Shown: positions 29,193 to 39,061, numbered from the stretch's first letter. The stretch: 64,000 nt of DNA from an uncultured virus (IMG/VR IMGVR_UViG_3300021431_000114) (IMGVR_UViG_3300021431_000114:1-64000), one strand, 5' to 3'. Numbers and translations: made by a program. The notes: generated by a model not told the origin, from the sequence alone.

Positions 29193-29560
29193 TTTATGTT
29201 GAAGCTCCTGCCTACGATTGCCACAAGCTCGTTGAACTTGTCAACTGTCAAGCGGTGCAGGATATAACGCTTCCACACCCAGCGCCACAGCTTGCGACGG
29301 AACAGCAGTATCATGAAAACCTGCTGCATGATGCGAGCGTCGTTGTAGTGCGTGATAGCTTCCGCAATGACGTTGACGCGCTGTGCGCTTTCCATTTTCT
29401 CGCGCAGGTCTGCATCTTGTATGTTGATAGCTACTGCGCCCATATCGTATATCTGCCCAAGCGTAGGCTGCTTGACGAGGAACTTGAACAAGCCCACTTT
29501 GATAGGCGTTGCCGTTTCCTGCAAGGTGTCGCTTACTTGCTGTTTCTTTTCGCTTTCCAT
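29099..29560 (-). CDS. tail assembly chaperone (gpG-like)
   Basis: between major tail and tape measure genes; contains A AAT TTT TTC slippery sequence. Confidence 0.8.
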   Translation of the reverse strand: MESEKKQQVSDTLQETATPIKVGLFKFLVKQPTLGQIYDMGAVAINIQDADLREKMESAQRVNVIAEAITHYNDARIMQQVFMILLFRRKLWRWVWKRYILHRLTVDKFNELVAIVGRSFNINFFLTSIIFLKQTTKITEPKQTTAHGQQSEA

Positions 29561-29592
29561 AAACTTAACTTTTTTCTGTCAGCTTTCCTAAG

Positions 29593-29632
29593 AAAAAGGC
29601 GGTGCGGCTCGCTGTTCACGCTCCACACCGCC
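29593..29632 (-). terminator. intrinsic terminator after major tail gene
   Basis: minus strand GGCGGTGTGG...CCGCACCGCC followed by TTTTT. Confidence 0.7.
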
Positions 29633-29661
29633 CATTTTGTCGCTTCAAGTGTTACGCAGAC

Positions 29662-30210
29662 TTAACCGCCAGGGGTGGTAATGTCTGCGGTCTTAGCCCA
29701 GCGTGCGCCGCCCACGGCGTTGCCGTTTGCGTCAGTGTGTACCAACTGGCGGAACGTTGCGGTAAGGTTGGGAAATCCGCTCTTACCGATAGTGCCAGCC
29801 TTGGTCACGTCAATGCGCATACGCGCCCACTCGAATGTCTTGCTCGGGAAGTCGCCAAAGTCCTTGGTGACAATCTGCACAGCCTTTTCAAGCGTCTGCT
29901 TGGTGGCAGGCTCGACGTTCCACTTCTCGCCCGTAGCCTTGGTGTAGCCAAGCAGTGCAGCGTAGGCAGCTTCGGACAAGTCGTAGATTTGCAGCGTGAA
30001 GCCCTTCTGTGCGGCACTGCTTTCCAGCACTGCATACGGGTCGTCGCTGTCCTCAATCTCGATGTCGGTAGTGCCAGCAGCCTGATCGTTGAACTGCAAG
30101 CTGTCCTTCACGATAGCCTTAAAGGCGAAGCCGCTGAAAGCAGTAGGGAAACCACCTACAACGGGGTCGGCGAGCTTTACGCTCTCAATGCCGTAAACTC
30201 CATCTTTCAT
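29662..30210 (-). CDS. major tail (tube) protein
   Basis: size and position; followed by terminator and chaperone pair. Confidence 0.75.
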   Translation of the reverse strand: MKDGVYGIESVKLADPVVGGFPTAFSGFAFKAIVKDSLQFNDQAAGTTDIEIEDSDDPYAVLESSAAQKGFTLQIYDLSEAAYAALLGYTKATGEKWNVEPATKQTLEKAVQIVTKDFGDFPSKTFEWARMRIDVTKAGTIGKSGFPNLTATFRQLVHTDANGNAVGGARWAKTADITTPGG

Positions 30211-30225
30211 ATTTCAGTCCTTTCT

Positions 30226-30651
30226 TTAAGTTGTTTCTGTTACTCTTTTCAAGTTGTTAAAGGTGCAGTCAAGCTCGACGTTGCAGTAGTAGGTATCGTC
30301 GTTGTCAAGCACGGGACGGGAATCGGAAAAGTACTTGTAGTAAGCACCGTCTATGAAAGCTCCGTCTGCTGTGTCGAACAACGCAACGACTGCCGCTACT
30401 ATCTGCTCCAGCCGCTTAGTATCGGGCTGTTCCGTCTTGGGCTGTTTGGGGACGTGGACGTTGACGTTTACGGTGCATACCTGCACTGCGTCGCGGTGGA
30501 TGAAAGGCAGGTTGTTTACGGCAATATACTCGCCGCTGTAGCCCTTTTCCTTTTCGTACTTGAACACCTTACCCGCTTTGCTGCCAAAGACAGACGGGGT
30601 TGCAGCGTTGATGTACTTTGCGACTGCTGTCACTGCTTGTAGTCCTGTCAT
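30226..30651 (-). CDS. tail terminator / completion protein
   Basis: VNVNVHVP motif; position before major tail gene. Confidence 0.65.
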   Translation of the reverse strand: MTGLQAVTAVAKYINAATPSVFGSKAGKVFKYEKEKGYSGEYIAVNNLPFIHRDAVQVCTVNVNVHVPKQPKTEQPDTKRLEQIVAAVVALFDTADGAFIDGAYYKYFSDSRPVLDNDDTYYCNVELDCTFNNLKRVTETT

Positions 30652-31109
30652 ACGTCACGTGTCTTTAAGTCCTCTATTGTTTCCAGCACAATCTGTTTCA
30701 GCTCGTTTTGCAGGAAATCGCGTGTCAAGTACAGCACATTGTAGCCCTTGTGTTCTACGTGCTGTGCATAAGACATTCCTGCAACGACAATTATCGTGAA
30801 GCCCTTGGGCTGTACGTGCTCGCTCGCATACGCTTCAAAGCGTTCATTGACGCTCTGCTGTGCGTCCGCTTGCACCTTTCCCACTGCCTTGACAATCGGC
30901 TCGCCGTCGAAGTACAGCGCATAGCTGATACTGTTCTTTAGGTTTGCCGTGCGGTCTTTATATCCTTTGTGAAGCTTTGCGTGCGTTGCCGCATCCTCGC
31001 CCAGCTTCTTTAAGATGTCCGTCAGCTCGTCTATCAGCTCGTCACGTGCCTGTTTCAAGCGTTGCTGCAAAGCTGCAAGCCCATTGAGACGTAACTGTAC
31101 TAACGACAT
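30648..31109 (-). CDS. HK97 gp10-like neck/tail completion protein
   Basis: YKDRTANLKNSI and VAGMSYAQHVE motifs. Confidence 0.75.
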   Translation of the reverse strand: MSLVQLRLNGLAALQQRLKQARDELIDELTDILKKLGEDAATHAKLHKGYKDRTANLKNSISYALYFDGEPIVKAVGKVQADAQQSVNERFEAYASEHVQPKGFTIIVVAGMSYAQHVEHKGYNVLYLTRDFLQNELKQIVLETIEDLKTRDV

Positions 31110-31111
31110 AG

Positions 31112-31450
31112 CTATATCCAGATTTTTAAGTACCGCTGCTTAAGCGTGAGAAAGCCCTGCACTGTTGCTTCCTTGTCAATCGTACCGTCCTTTTTCACGA
31201 AGCGCACCTGCTGCCCCTCTTTCGGAATGAGCGCGTCGCGGTAGTGCTGCTTCTTTAATGTGGCTACTATTTCGTACTGATATACATACTCGCTCCCGTC
31301 TGCAAGCGTTGTTTTCACAGCCCGCGTGTTGGGTAGGATAATGCACTTGCCGAACTCAACCCATTCAGTCGTTGGCTCAATAGGGTTTAAGTCCTCGTCA
31401 TAACCGCCCTCTGTCACTTGCTGCACAAACAGCTTGTCGTCAAACTTCAT
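31112..31450 (-). CDS. head closure / stopper protein
   Basis: GGYDEDLNPI motif; position. Confidence 0.6.
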   Translation of the reverse strand: MKFDDKLFVQQVTEGGYDEDLNPIEPTTEWVEFGKCIILPNTRAVKTTLADGSEYVYQYEIVATLKKQHYRDALIPKEGQQVRFVKKDGTIDKEATVQGFLTLKQRYLKIWI

Positions 31451-31474
31451 ACGATATGCTTTACACTGCGAATA

Positions 31475-31822
31475 TTACCACACGGAACAGTACGTAACAA
31501 CGTTGTCACCGTCGCCGTCAAGCACAAGGTCGGGGTTCACGCCAATGTCCTTGGCAATGCCCTTTATCAAGTCCTCCACGTCCTTTTTGTACGTGTTGGA
31601 AATGCCGCCAATGTTTTCTGCTTGCAGCGTGATAACTTGACGAAGCAGCAGCATAGCAGCAAAGCCGCACGGCTTCTTCATCGTCGGCGAATAGTCCGTT
31701 GACGTGTCAACGCTTTCTTCGCCGCCAAAGCGGTAAAAGGCATCCATAGCAGCCTTATCCACTGCCTCGTCGGACAGCGAATAAGGCTCTATGCTTGCTG
31801 CTATTGCTTCACGTATTGTCAT
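31475..31822 (-). CDS. head-tail adaptor protein
   Basis: directly after capsid gene; MTIREAI...ENIGGISNTY. Confidence 0.6.
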   Translation of the reverse strand: MTIREAIAASIEPYSLSDEAVDKAAMDAFYRFGGEESVDTSTDYSPTMKKPCGFAAMLLLRQVITLQAENIGGISNTYKKDVEDLIKGIAKDIGVNPDLVLDGDGDNVVTYCSVW

Positions 31823-31851
31823 ACTGTCTTAGCTTGCTGCATTACGTTCCA

Positions 31852-32949
31852 CTACGCCGAAGTCCTGCTCGTGTCAAGAATAGCGTAGTCCTTCTTGCCC
31901 GTGAATACGGGAGTAGCCCACATTTCGTAGTCAACGAAACGGCCCTCGGAAGTACGGTAGTTACCGACGAGGTTGTCCTCGTAGGTACTGTACTGCTTGT
32001 TGGGCAGGCGGTCGATGGTCTCCACGCCCTCACTGACCTTAAGGACAGCAACCTTGGGCGCGAACATGAAGCACACGCGGTCGGCGGGAATCATGTTCAT
32101 GCTGGTGTTGTTAGGCAGCAGCACAAACTTGGGCTTCTCAATCTCGATAGCGGGCAGCTCGATGCTCTCCAGGTACTCGTTGAGCGTGTTGAGGGGAACG
32201 ATGCTCGGCTGTGCAGGGTTCACGTCAGCCTTTGACAGCTTCAGCACAAACTTCGTCTGGATTTCCGAAGCCTTGCACATCTTCACGTAGGTAGCACGCG
32301 ACATACGGATGCGCAGGATGGGCTTGCCGATAGTCTCGGCATACTCGCAAACCTGCTCTATGTCGGCGATAGGAGTAGCGTTTGCCTGTCCCCATGCGGC
32401 AGTCTTAGCGTAGAAACGCTTGATGCCGAGGTCAAGGGCGTAACGGACACCCGACTTGCTGTTATTATCCAGCGTAACGTCCTGCATGCCGTTGAACAGA
32501 CCCTCGAAGTAGCTGATGTCAATACGCTTCCAAGGAGCAATGACAGCCTTCTCGTAGGGGTCAAAGAGGAACTTCACGATCTTGCGGTACTCGGCTACGC
32601 GCTGCTCGGGCGTGTAGTTAGCCTGCTTGTCGCGGTAGCGGCGTTCCATGAGGAAGTACTGGTCGAGACGCTCGTTGTCCATCTGCCACTCGTCAGCCAT
32701 GCGGACAATCTTACCGTAGAGGTAGCTTGCCTCCGGCATAACGTGCAACGGCTTGTTGGCATTCTTGTCAACAACCGAGCCAGCCATTGCAGCGGCATAC
32801 TCTGCAACGTAAGCTGCATAAGCCTTGCTGGCGCAATACTCCACGTCAAGCTCGGGCTTTGCTACAGACTGGTACGTTGAGGTCTTCATGTTTTCCTGAA
32901 TGAAGGCATCAAATACCTCCTGTTCAGTCAGTTTCTCAATTATTGTCAT
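31852..32949 (-). CDS. major capsid protein
   Basis: 365 aa, strong codon bias, after scaffold and decoration genes; TPIADI motif of gpE-like capsids. Confidence 0.8.
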   Translation of the reverse strand: MTIIEKLTEQEVFDAFIQENMKTSTYQSVAKPELDVEYCASKAYAAYVAEYAAAMAGSVVDKNANKPLHVMPEASYLYGKIVRMADEWQMDNERLDQYFLMERRYRDKQANYTPEQRVAEYRKIVKFLFDPYEKAVIAPWKRIDISYFEGLFNGMQDVTLDNNSKSGVRYALDLGIKRFYAKTAAWGQANATPIADIEQVCEYAETIGKPILRIRMSRATYVKMCKASEIQTKFVLKLSKADVNPAQPSIVPLNTLNEYLESIELPAIEIEKPKFVLLPNNTSMNMIPADRVCFMFAPKVAVLKVSEGVETIDRLPNKQYSTYEDNLVGNYRTSEGRFVDYEMWATPVFTGKKDYAILDTSRTSA

Positions 32950-32986
32950 AACTGTTTTGCGTTTTAGAGTTTAGAACTGCACACTG

Positions 32987-33556
32987 TTAGGAGTGGGTGG
33001 CGTAGTTCAGCGCGAAGTGGTGGCGCGAAGTCAGCTTCTCCTTGATAGTGTCGTTAATCGGGAACGGCAGCGTGCTTTCGTCAATCTCGTATGCCTGCAC
33101 GGTGTACGTAACGCTTGGGTACGCATCCATCTTGGTACGGGCATAGTTGAAGCCGAGAATGTTGTCTACGTTGTCGTCGTTGAGCACAGTGTCCTTTGTC
33201 ACAGCCTTACCGAGAGCCGTGATAGTGAGTACGTCATATTCCGCGTTGGACGTGTCGATAGCGGAAATGGTGCTGCCTGCAATCTTGTCGCCGACCTTAA
33301 GGGCATGACCCTTAGCGACGTTGAGCGTGGTAGCGTCCTTTGCAGCGTTTGCGGCAACAGTGACGGTCTTTACCAGCACGGCAACGTAGCCGGCGGCAGT
33401 CAGCTTGGAAGCAAGCACAACGCCCTTGGGCAGAAACTCCACACCGTCGGGCAGGCAGGTCTTGTCGAAGTTAAGACCTGCAATGCTGCGGACGCAAGAC
33501 TTAACGTCCCACATAGCGCCCTGCTGGCTGTCAAATGTCTTAGTTCCTATTTCCAT
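32987..33556 (-). CDS. head decoration protein
   Basis: between scaffold and capsid genes; LPKGVVLA, VAKGHALKVGD. Confidence 0.65.
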   Translation of the reverse strand: MEIGTKTFDSQQGAMWDVKSCVRSIAGLNFDKTCLPDGVEFLPKGVVLASKLTAAGYVAVLVKTVTVAANAAKDATTLNVAKGHALKVGDKIAGSTISAIDTSNAEYDVLTITALGKAVTKDTVLNDDNVDNILGFNYARTKMDAYPSVTYTVQAYEIDESTLPFPINDTIKEKLTSRHHFALNYATHS

Positions 33557-33586
33557 AGTTGCTTACTTTACTTTGGTTCTACTTTG

Positions 33587-34303
33587 TTACTTTGCGGCAG
33601 GAGCAGCGGGTGCTTCCACCTCGTTCACTTTCTTGAACATATCAATCATAGCCTGGTTCTCGCTTGCAGGCGTTGCAGGCTGTGGAGCTTCCACGATAGT
33701 ACCAGTCTTGAACATTTCCTGCTTAAGGGCAGTGTAGTCCGTCTTGATAGTCTGTACAAGCTGTGCAAGGTTTTCCTCCTTGTCAAGCACGTACTTGTTT
33801 CGGAAGCTCGCGGGTACGTCCTTAAGGTCTGCGCTGTTGGCAAGCAGTCCTGCAAGGCGTTCCGTCTCGCGCTGTTGCGTCAGCGGTGCAAGTCCTTGTG
33901 CGATGCCATCCTTAATCATCTGCGCAATCTGTTCCGCAGTAAGCGGCGCAGGGGCAGGTGTCGGGGTTGGTGCTGGAGTGGGTGCAGGTGTCGGTGAGGG
34001 CGCAGGCGTTGGTGTAGGCGTTGGAGTTGGCGTAGGTGTGGGCGTCGGCGTAGGCGTTGCCTTCGGGTCAATCCATCCCTCGTACTTCTTTTCGATTTCA
34101 CCTTGTTTTCTATTCCCTACTGACTGCATCATTTCAGCGTAAAACTCTGCTGCTTTAACGGCAGCGTTCAGCACATCGTCAGTTGTCTCGTCTGTGAGAC
34201 CGCCAGCAATGTTGTTTGCAATCTTGTCGAGTTCCTCTGCTTTCAAGCCATACTTCGCGTAAGCAGTCTTGACGGCAGCAAGCGCCCGTTCTTTAATTGT
34301 CAT
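33587..34303 (-). CDS. capsid scaffolding protein with Pro-Thr linker
   Basis: first gene of capsid operon; helical protein with a (PT/PA)n tract. Confidence 0.7.
   Translation of the reverse strand: MTIKERALAAVKTAYAKYGLKAEELDKIANNIAGGLTDETTDDVLNAAVKAAEFYAEMMQSVGNRKQGEIEKKYEGWIDPKATPTPTPTPTPTPTPTPTPAPSPTPAPTPAPTPTPAPAPLTAEQIAQMIKDGIAQGLAPLTQQRETERLAGLLANSADLKDVPASFRNKYVLDKEENLAQLVQTIKTDYTALKQEMFKTGTIVEAPQPATPASENQAMIDMFKKVNEVEAPAAPAAK
33944..34060 (-). repeat. low-complexity (Pro-Thr/Ala)n coding repeat
   Basis: [39 protein letters not shown] with varied synonymous codons. Confidence 0.9.
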
Positions 34304-34342
34304 AATGCTACGATTTTTTAGTTTGAAAATGAATTTGTCGCA

Positions 34343-34400
34343 GCAAAGTTAAGCAAAAGTAAGATGTATTATTAGTTTTGTATAGGCTCGCGTGTAAACA
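34343..34400 (-). promoter_or_regulatory. putative late promoter of capsid-tail operon
   Basis: minus-strand TAACTTTGC at 34351-34343, 40 nt before the scaffold ATG; GCGTGTAAACA box at 34390. Confidence 0.6.
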
Positions 34401-34510
34401 ATGGCACGCTGTTTGTGTAAACAGCACGAAAAAACAGCGCAAAACGTCGTTTGCCGTCGTTTTGGGAGCGTTTTACGCTGGAAGCAGTAAGTTGTTCGGG
34501 TGAAGTCCTT

Positions 34511-34858
34511 TTAACGCTGTAGGAGCTTTAATTTTGCTTTGATAGCAGTAGCGGAGCGTGCGTCATGGTTGCTTAAGCGCAACACATGCAGCCCCAGCCG
34601 CCACAAGCCCTGACTTCTGTTTGTGTCCTTTCTGTGCTGCTGACGTGTGTTGTGGTAGCCACCGTCTATTTCCACGATGCAGCGACGCGAGGGAATGTAG
34701 AGGTCTGCAAAGTACGTGCGCTTTCCCGTCTGTATGGGGTACTGCCGCACAACGTCATAACCCAGCTTCTGCAACAGTGCGAAAGCTGCCTTTTCCGCGT
34801 CGCTGCTGTTCGCCAGCAGCTCGTTACGCCTTTGTATTATCCACTTTTCCCAGCTCAT
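34511..34858 (-). CDS. DUF559 / Vsr-like endonuclease
   Basis: RQYPI...YFADLY...IVEIDGGYH...DxxR...G..VLRLSN motifs. Confidence 0.85.
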   Translation of the reverse strand: MSWEKWIIQRRNELLANSSDAEKAAFALLQKLGYDVVRQYPIQTGKRTYFADLYIPSRRCIVEIDGGYHNTRQQHRKDTNRSQGLWRLGLHVLRLSNHDARSATAIKAKLKLLQR

Positions 34859-34903
34859 AAGCAGCTGCAAAGTTACGTGTTTGGCAGCAATTTTTAGGCA
34901 TCG

Positions 34904-35130
34904 GCGACTTTTTTGTATTTACAGCTGTAGTTTTGTTTGTGTCTATACGCGCATATACGCACGCATACGCGCACTATCCTAAGTAATTTATTATCAACGT
35001 ATTATAATTAAATAATAATATATTTATATATATCCTTATCCTTAAGACCTTGCATGGGGCTTAATTGTAACTGCCTGTAAATCAACAACTAAAAGAGAAG
35101 TAAACGCGAAATTTAACGTTTCGCAAAACC
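34904..35130. repeat. diverged non-coding direct repeat, copy A (origin-like)
   Basis: same block order as 57081-57294; core 35033-35104 matches 57200-57271 at 54/72 nt without gaps (hand count). Confidence 0.8.
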
Positions 35131-35294
35131 ATTTAACGCAAAACGCCCGATTCTTTAACACTTAGTTCCGCTTACAAAACGCTCTGCTTTTGTGCCGCAT
35201 TTGCAGCTCAAAAGTGGAAACAAATGTAAACAAAATATAGTTTTGCTTAGTATTTGGGTTAAACAAATTAAAAACGCTTACTTTTTTATAGTGA

Positions 35295-35331
35295 TTATTA
35301 GGTTTATTGCAAAAAACTTAATAACTTTGCC
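35295..35331 (+). promoter_or_regulatory. early promoter P1: TTATTAGGTTT-N16-TAACTTTGCC
   Basis: same boxes and spacing at 42815 and 49322; Bacteroidota -7 consensus. Confidence 0.85.
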
Positions 35332-35377
35332 CTTGTAAACGACAAACAACAGTTTAACAACTTAAAAAGAAACGACA

Positions 35378-35797
35378 ATGTTACAGAGCGAATTTACAAC
35401 GAGAACAAAGGTACACGTAAGCGCAGAGGAATACGCGCACATTGAAGCTGTGTACATGGCAAGCGACGTTGACAAGGATGAGTTTTGCCGCTTGTGGGTG
35501 CTGATGAACAAGGAGCGCGTAGCACGCTCAAAGGAAGAAGCGAAGCAGCAGGCAGCGGAGCAGTCAAGGCGCGAGAGCCTTTGGCGCATTGTTGAACGCT
35601 ACGACGGCGCTGATTGGGAAACATGCTGCAAGCGTGCCGACGACGTGCTGACCGACAAGCAGAAGCAGCTTGTACAAAGTGCAGGCATTGAACTTAGCGA
35701 GCTGCATATAGAGCCGTTCTTCGGACACGAAGTAAGAGACTACAAGCAGCTGGGTACGGTAATCTACGAGCTTAAGAAATACTTAAAAGCAGCATAA
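35378..35797 (+). CDS. hypothetical phage protein
   Basis: first gene after P1; ACGACAATG start; YMASDVDKDEFC motif. Confidence 0.8.
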   Translation: MLQSEFTTRTKVHVSAEEYAHIEAVYMASDVDKDEFCRLWVLMNKERVARSKEEAKQQAAEQSRRESLWRIVERYDGADWETCCKRADDVLTDKQKQLVQSAGIELSELHIEPFFGHEVRDYKQLGTVIYELKKYLKAA

Positions 35798-35845
35798 CAC
35801 TAACCCGCAGGGCGGGCACGCCTGCCCTGCACAACAGATACAACT

Positions 35846-35992
35846 ATGTACAAGCAGATTTACAACGACTTCAAGGAAATTATGCGCGACAAGCACGAGC
35901 GCAAGGAGTTCATAGGCGGCTTCGCCAGCGTGATAGCAATGTTTGCAATCATGTACTTTTGGCTTTGGATAGCCTACGCAATACAAGGGTAA
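35846..35992 (+). CDS. small membrane protein (48 aa)
   Basis: read by hand: MYKQIYNDFKE...FIGGFASVIAMFAIMYFWLWIAYAIQG*. Confidence 0.55.
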   Translation: MYKQIYNDFKEIMRDKHERKEFIGGFASVIAMFAIMYFWLWIAYAIQG

Positions 35993-36015
35993 TTACACTA
36001 AAACAGTACGACGAT

Positions 36016-36330
36016 ATGGAAGTAACGACAACGATGGTTTTGTTCCAGCTTGACAAGGCGCAAGTTGAGACACGCACGGACAAGGCAGTGCTGCTTGCAC
36101 TTGTCAGCGACGAGCAGGAAAGCAGCACAGTAAAGGAGTGGGTGCCGCTTTCCAAGATTGAGATTGAGGAAAGCCGTAGCGACAGCAACAAAGTGGACTG
36201 CATCATGCCCAAGTGGCTGTACTACAAAAAGGAAGTGCTGCCGCAGTACACAACGGTAAGACAGGAGTTCATCGTAACAAGCTACGCAGACAAGTACGAG
36301 CTGCTGGCAGAAGCCTACAGACAACAGTAA
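36016..36330 (+). CDS. hypothetical protein
   Basis: TDKAVLL...WVPLSKI...MPKWLY motifs; start moved to ATG 36016. Confidence 0.65.
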   Translation: MEVTTTMVLFQLDKAQVETRTDKAVLLALVSDEQESSTVKEWVPLSKIEIEESRSDSNKVDCIMPKWLYYKKEVLPQYTTVRQEFIVTSYADKYELLAEAYRQQ

Positions 36331-36379
36331 CAACATTTCAGTAACAACTTAGTGTATAACAATTAAAATCGTAACGACA

Positions 36380-37366
36380 ATGAAAATCAGTAACACATTT
36401 GGCGCACAGCCGCAGGTAATGGAAGCTGCACCCGTAGCAGCAGTACAGGAAGTACGCAACGAAAACCAGTTCTTTGACTTCGAGAAAGCAAAGGTGCAGA
36501 CGTTGACGTTGGAACAGCTTAAGCGTACCAACATCGAGAATCGCGGTGACGATCGCAGCAAGCCGCACGGCATCTACCACTTTGAGCTTATCCAGCAGGT
36601 GCTTGACTTAGCAGCACAGCACGGCTACGATGCAGAGGTGTACGACTTGTTTGCAACGAACAACCGGGACAAGCAGGCAAACGGTGTCTCACTGTTCCCC
36701 GAGCTGGAAGCAAAGTACGGCGAGCGTGCTATTGAAGCACACGCGCTTCGCAGGGTGTACGCCAACGTGCGACTTAAGAACTTCGACACGCCCGAGCTGA
36801 CAACAAACCTTGCTATCAGCTACACGCAGAAAGGCATACAAGTGGGCTTCGGCAGCATGGTTAAGGTGTGCCACAATCAGAACATCATGGGCAGCGGACA
36901 GTTCGTCAGCGACTACTCAACGGGTGCTTTCCGCTACGCCAAGGGCAGCAAGGAAAAGACGAATCTTGAAGGCATTATGCAAACGATTGGCGGCTGGCTG
37001 ACAAGCGCGGAGCACATCTTCATCACGGAGCAGGAAACAATCGAGCGCATGAAGCACAGCGTGCTGACGGCAGAGCAGATTTACACAGTGCTGGGCATCC
37101 TTGTTACGCTGCGTGTTACTTACGACACGGAGAACAAGAAAATCCGCAACCAGCAGAACGGTGTCTATCCGCTGAATGGAATGCAGATTAACAAGTTCAC
37201 GGAGCTGCTGCTGTTGAAGCAGAAGGAGCAGGGAATGATTACTGCCTGGGATTTCTACAACAGCGCAACAGAGCTGTACAAGCCTACGATAGTTGACCAG
37301 AACATGATACTGCCGCAGGTGCAGCGCATGAATCAGTTCATGCAGGAATACGAGCTTTACGTGTAA
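36380..37366 (+). CDS. DUF932-like protein
   Basis: GIQVGFGSMVKVCHNQ and TAWDFYNSATELYK motifs. Confidence 0.75.
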   Translation: MKISNTFGAQPQVMEAAPVAAVQEVRNENQFFDFEKAKVQTLTLEQLKRTNIENRGDDRSKPHGIYHFELIQQVLDLAAQHGYDAEVYDLFATNNRDKQANGVSLFPELEAKYGERAIEAHALRRVYANVRLKNFDTPELTTNLAISYTQKGIQVGFGSMVKVCHNQNIMGSGQFVSDYSTGAFRYAKGSKEKTNLEGIMQTIGGWLTSAEHIFITEQETIERMKHSVLTAEQIYTVLGILVTLRVTYDTENKKIRNQQNGVYPLNGMQINKFTELLLLKQKEQGMITAWDFYNSATELYKPTIVDQNMILPQVQRMNQFMQEYELYV

Positions 37367-37430
37367 GACAACAGCAGCGGGCAGCGGGCGTTTTGCGTGC
37401 GCTGTCCGCGTTAAAACATCAGCAAGCGAT

Positions 37431-37727
37431 ATGTATTACAGACAAGGATATAAAACGCGGTACAGCAGCAGGCAGCGCGAAACTACCCCCCCCACCTGCC
37501 ACAAGCCCGCAACGTTGAAGTTCGACGTTATGCTGAAAGAACGTTGGGTATGCACGATGCAAATGCCGCTTGGGCTACCCGTTGCCTACGACGGTGACAA
37601 GCCCGTGTTCCAGCTTCAGAAAGGACAGCTGGAGCAATACGTGGAACAGCAGAAGCCCTCGCTTAAGGGCAAGCCGTGGCACGCAGAGCTTGTAACAAAG
37701 GAAACAAAGGAATTGTGGCGGTATTGA
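37431..37727 (+). CDS. hypothetical protein
   Basis: 98-aa ORF in operon. Confidence 0.6.
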   Translation: MYYRQGYKTRYSSRQRETTPPTCHKPATLKFDVMLKERWVCTMQMPLGLPVAYDGDKPVFQLQKGQLEQYVEQQKPSLKGKPWHAELVTKETKELWRY

Positions 37728-37761
37728 GCCACGTAGTATTAACAATAAAAACAGCAAAAAG

Positions 37762-38151
37762 ATGAGCGACCTACAAGGAAGTGTGGATTTGCTTAAGCTG
37801 CGCAACGCTTGCGTTGTTACGCTGGGCAAGGAAACAAAGAAAAGATGCGTTGTCATTCCTATCGACGACAACGACCTCTATGTGAAATGTGAGGACGGCA
37901 GCACCAAGCCCCGTTCTGTGTACTTCGGTATTAACGTATGGGAACGCCAGCAGGCTTCGCAGTACGGACATACCCATTACGTCAAGCAGTCCTTTAGCAA
38001 GGCTTTCCGCGAGAGCCATTCCAAAGAGGAACTTGACGCTGCACCTTTCTTAGGTGACATGAAGCCTATCATCAGGCAGAACGGAGCAACGCAGTTTGCA
38101 GCTCCAGCAGTTGAAATGCCGCAGGAGCAGCAGGACGATTTACCATTCTAA
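37762..38151 (+). CDS. putative single-stranded DNA-binding protein
   Basis: beta-rich core with SSB-type acidic DDLPF C-terminus. Confidence 0.6.
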   Translation: MSDLQGSVDLLKLRNACVVTLGKETKKRCVVIPIDDNDLYVKCEDGSTKPRSVYFGINVWERQQASQYGHTHYVKQSFSKAFRESHSKEELDAAPFLGDMKPIIRQNGATQFAAPAVEMPQEQQDDLPF

Positions 38152-38166
38152 ACAACAGTAACGACT

Positions 38167-38643
38167 ATGGCAATGAGAACAAGGACAGCGAATTGGTTTG
38201 AAACCAAAATCCGCTACGAAAAGACAATGGAGGACGGCTTGCAAAAAAAGGTGTCCGAAAAGTATGTTGTGAACGCGCTTTCTCACACAGAAGCGGAAGA
38301 GCGTATCATTGAGGAAATGAGCAGCTATATCAGCGGCGAGTTTGATGTCAAGGGTATTGTGCCCGCAAGCTACACGGAAATCTTTTTCAGCGACGATGCA
38401 AATGCTGACCGCTGGTACAAGGCAAAGCTCCAGTTCATCACGATTGACGAGCGCACGGAGAAAGAGAAACGCAGTAATGCGTACTACCTTGTGCAGGCAG
38501 CTACGTTTGACGCTGCTGTCAAGGGCATACACGAAGTAATGGGCGGCACGATGATTGACTACGTGATAGCCAGCGTTGCCGAAACGCCTATCATGGACGT
38601 GTTCGAGTGCGAGCACAGTGACAAGCCGGAAGTGGAACAGTAA
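38167..38643 (+). CDS. DUF4494 family protein
   Basis: WFETKIRYEKTMEDG...ALSHTEAEERII...ETPIMDVF. Confidence 0.85.
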   Translation: MAMRTRTANWFETKIRYEKTMEDGLQKKVSEKYVVNALSHTEAEERIIEEMSSYISGEFDVKGIVPASYTEIFFSDDANADRWYKAKLQFITIDERTEKEKRSNAYYLVQAATFDAAVKGIHEVMGGTMIDYVIASVAETPIMDVFECEHSDKPEVEQ

Positions 38644-38657
38644 ACGCGAATGCGACT

Positions 38658-38855
38658 ATGGGCAATATCAAAGTATTACGCGAGTTGCAGGAACAGTACA
38701 CGACGCTGCGCCAAAGCAATGCTGTTGAAAGCATCCAGCTCAACAGCACTGCTGGCGCGGTGCTTATCAGCAACAGGAACGTTATCAACACGCTGCTTGA
38801 CACGCTTATAGCGGAAACGCAAAAGCAGCTGACAGAACAAATAAAGGAGCAATGA
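38658..38855 (+). CDS. hypothetical protein
   Basis: 65-aa ORF, CGACTATG start. Confidence 0.6.
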   Translation: MGNIKVLRELQEQYTTLRQSNAVESIQLNSTAGAVLISNRNVINTLLDTLIAETQKQLTEQIKEQ

Positions 38856-39058
38856 CAGCAGTAAAAGTGTTATTCAAGCAGTCGGGCAATACGCAGTATT
38901 TCAAAAGCTGTGCTGAAATCTACAAGCAGCACAGCAGCAGCGAACTTGGCATTTGCTTGGCTGCACTTTGGAACGTACTGTCACCAAAGAAAGGTAATGG
39001 CAAGTACGAAAACGGAAAGTGTGTTATAGAGCGCACATCATTCAAAAATTGGCAGTAG
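38852..39058 (+). CDS. hypothetical protein
   Basis: 68-aa ORF, ATGA overlap. Confidence 0.6.
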   Translation: MTAVKVLFKQSGNTQYFKSCAEIYKQHSSSELGICLAALWNVLSPKKGNGKYENGKCVIERTSFKNWQ

Positions 39059-39061
39059 AGT

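Noticed and set aside
29602..33997. Long plus-strand ORFs (29602-30642, 32993-33997 and similar, e.g. 23886-24827)
   Set aside because: Antisense shadows of codon-biased structural genes; no motifs or start context
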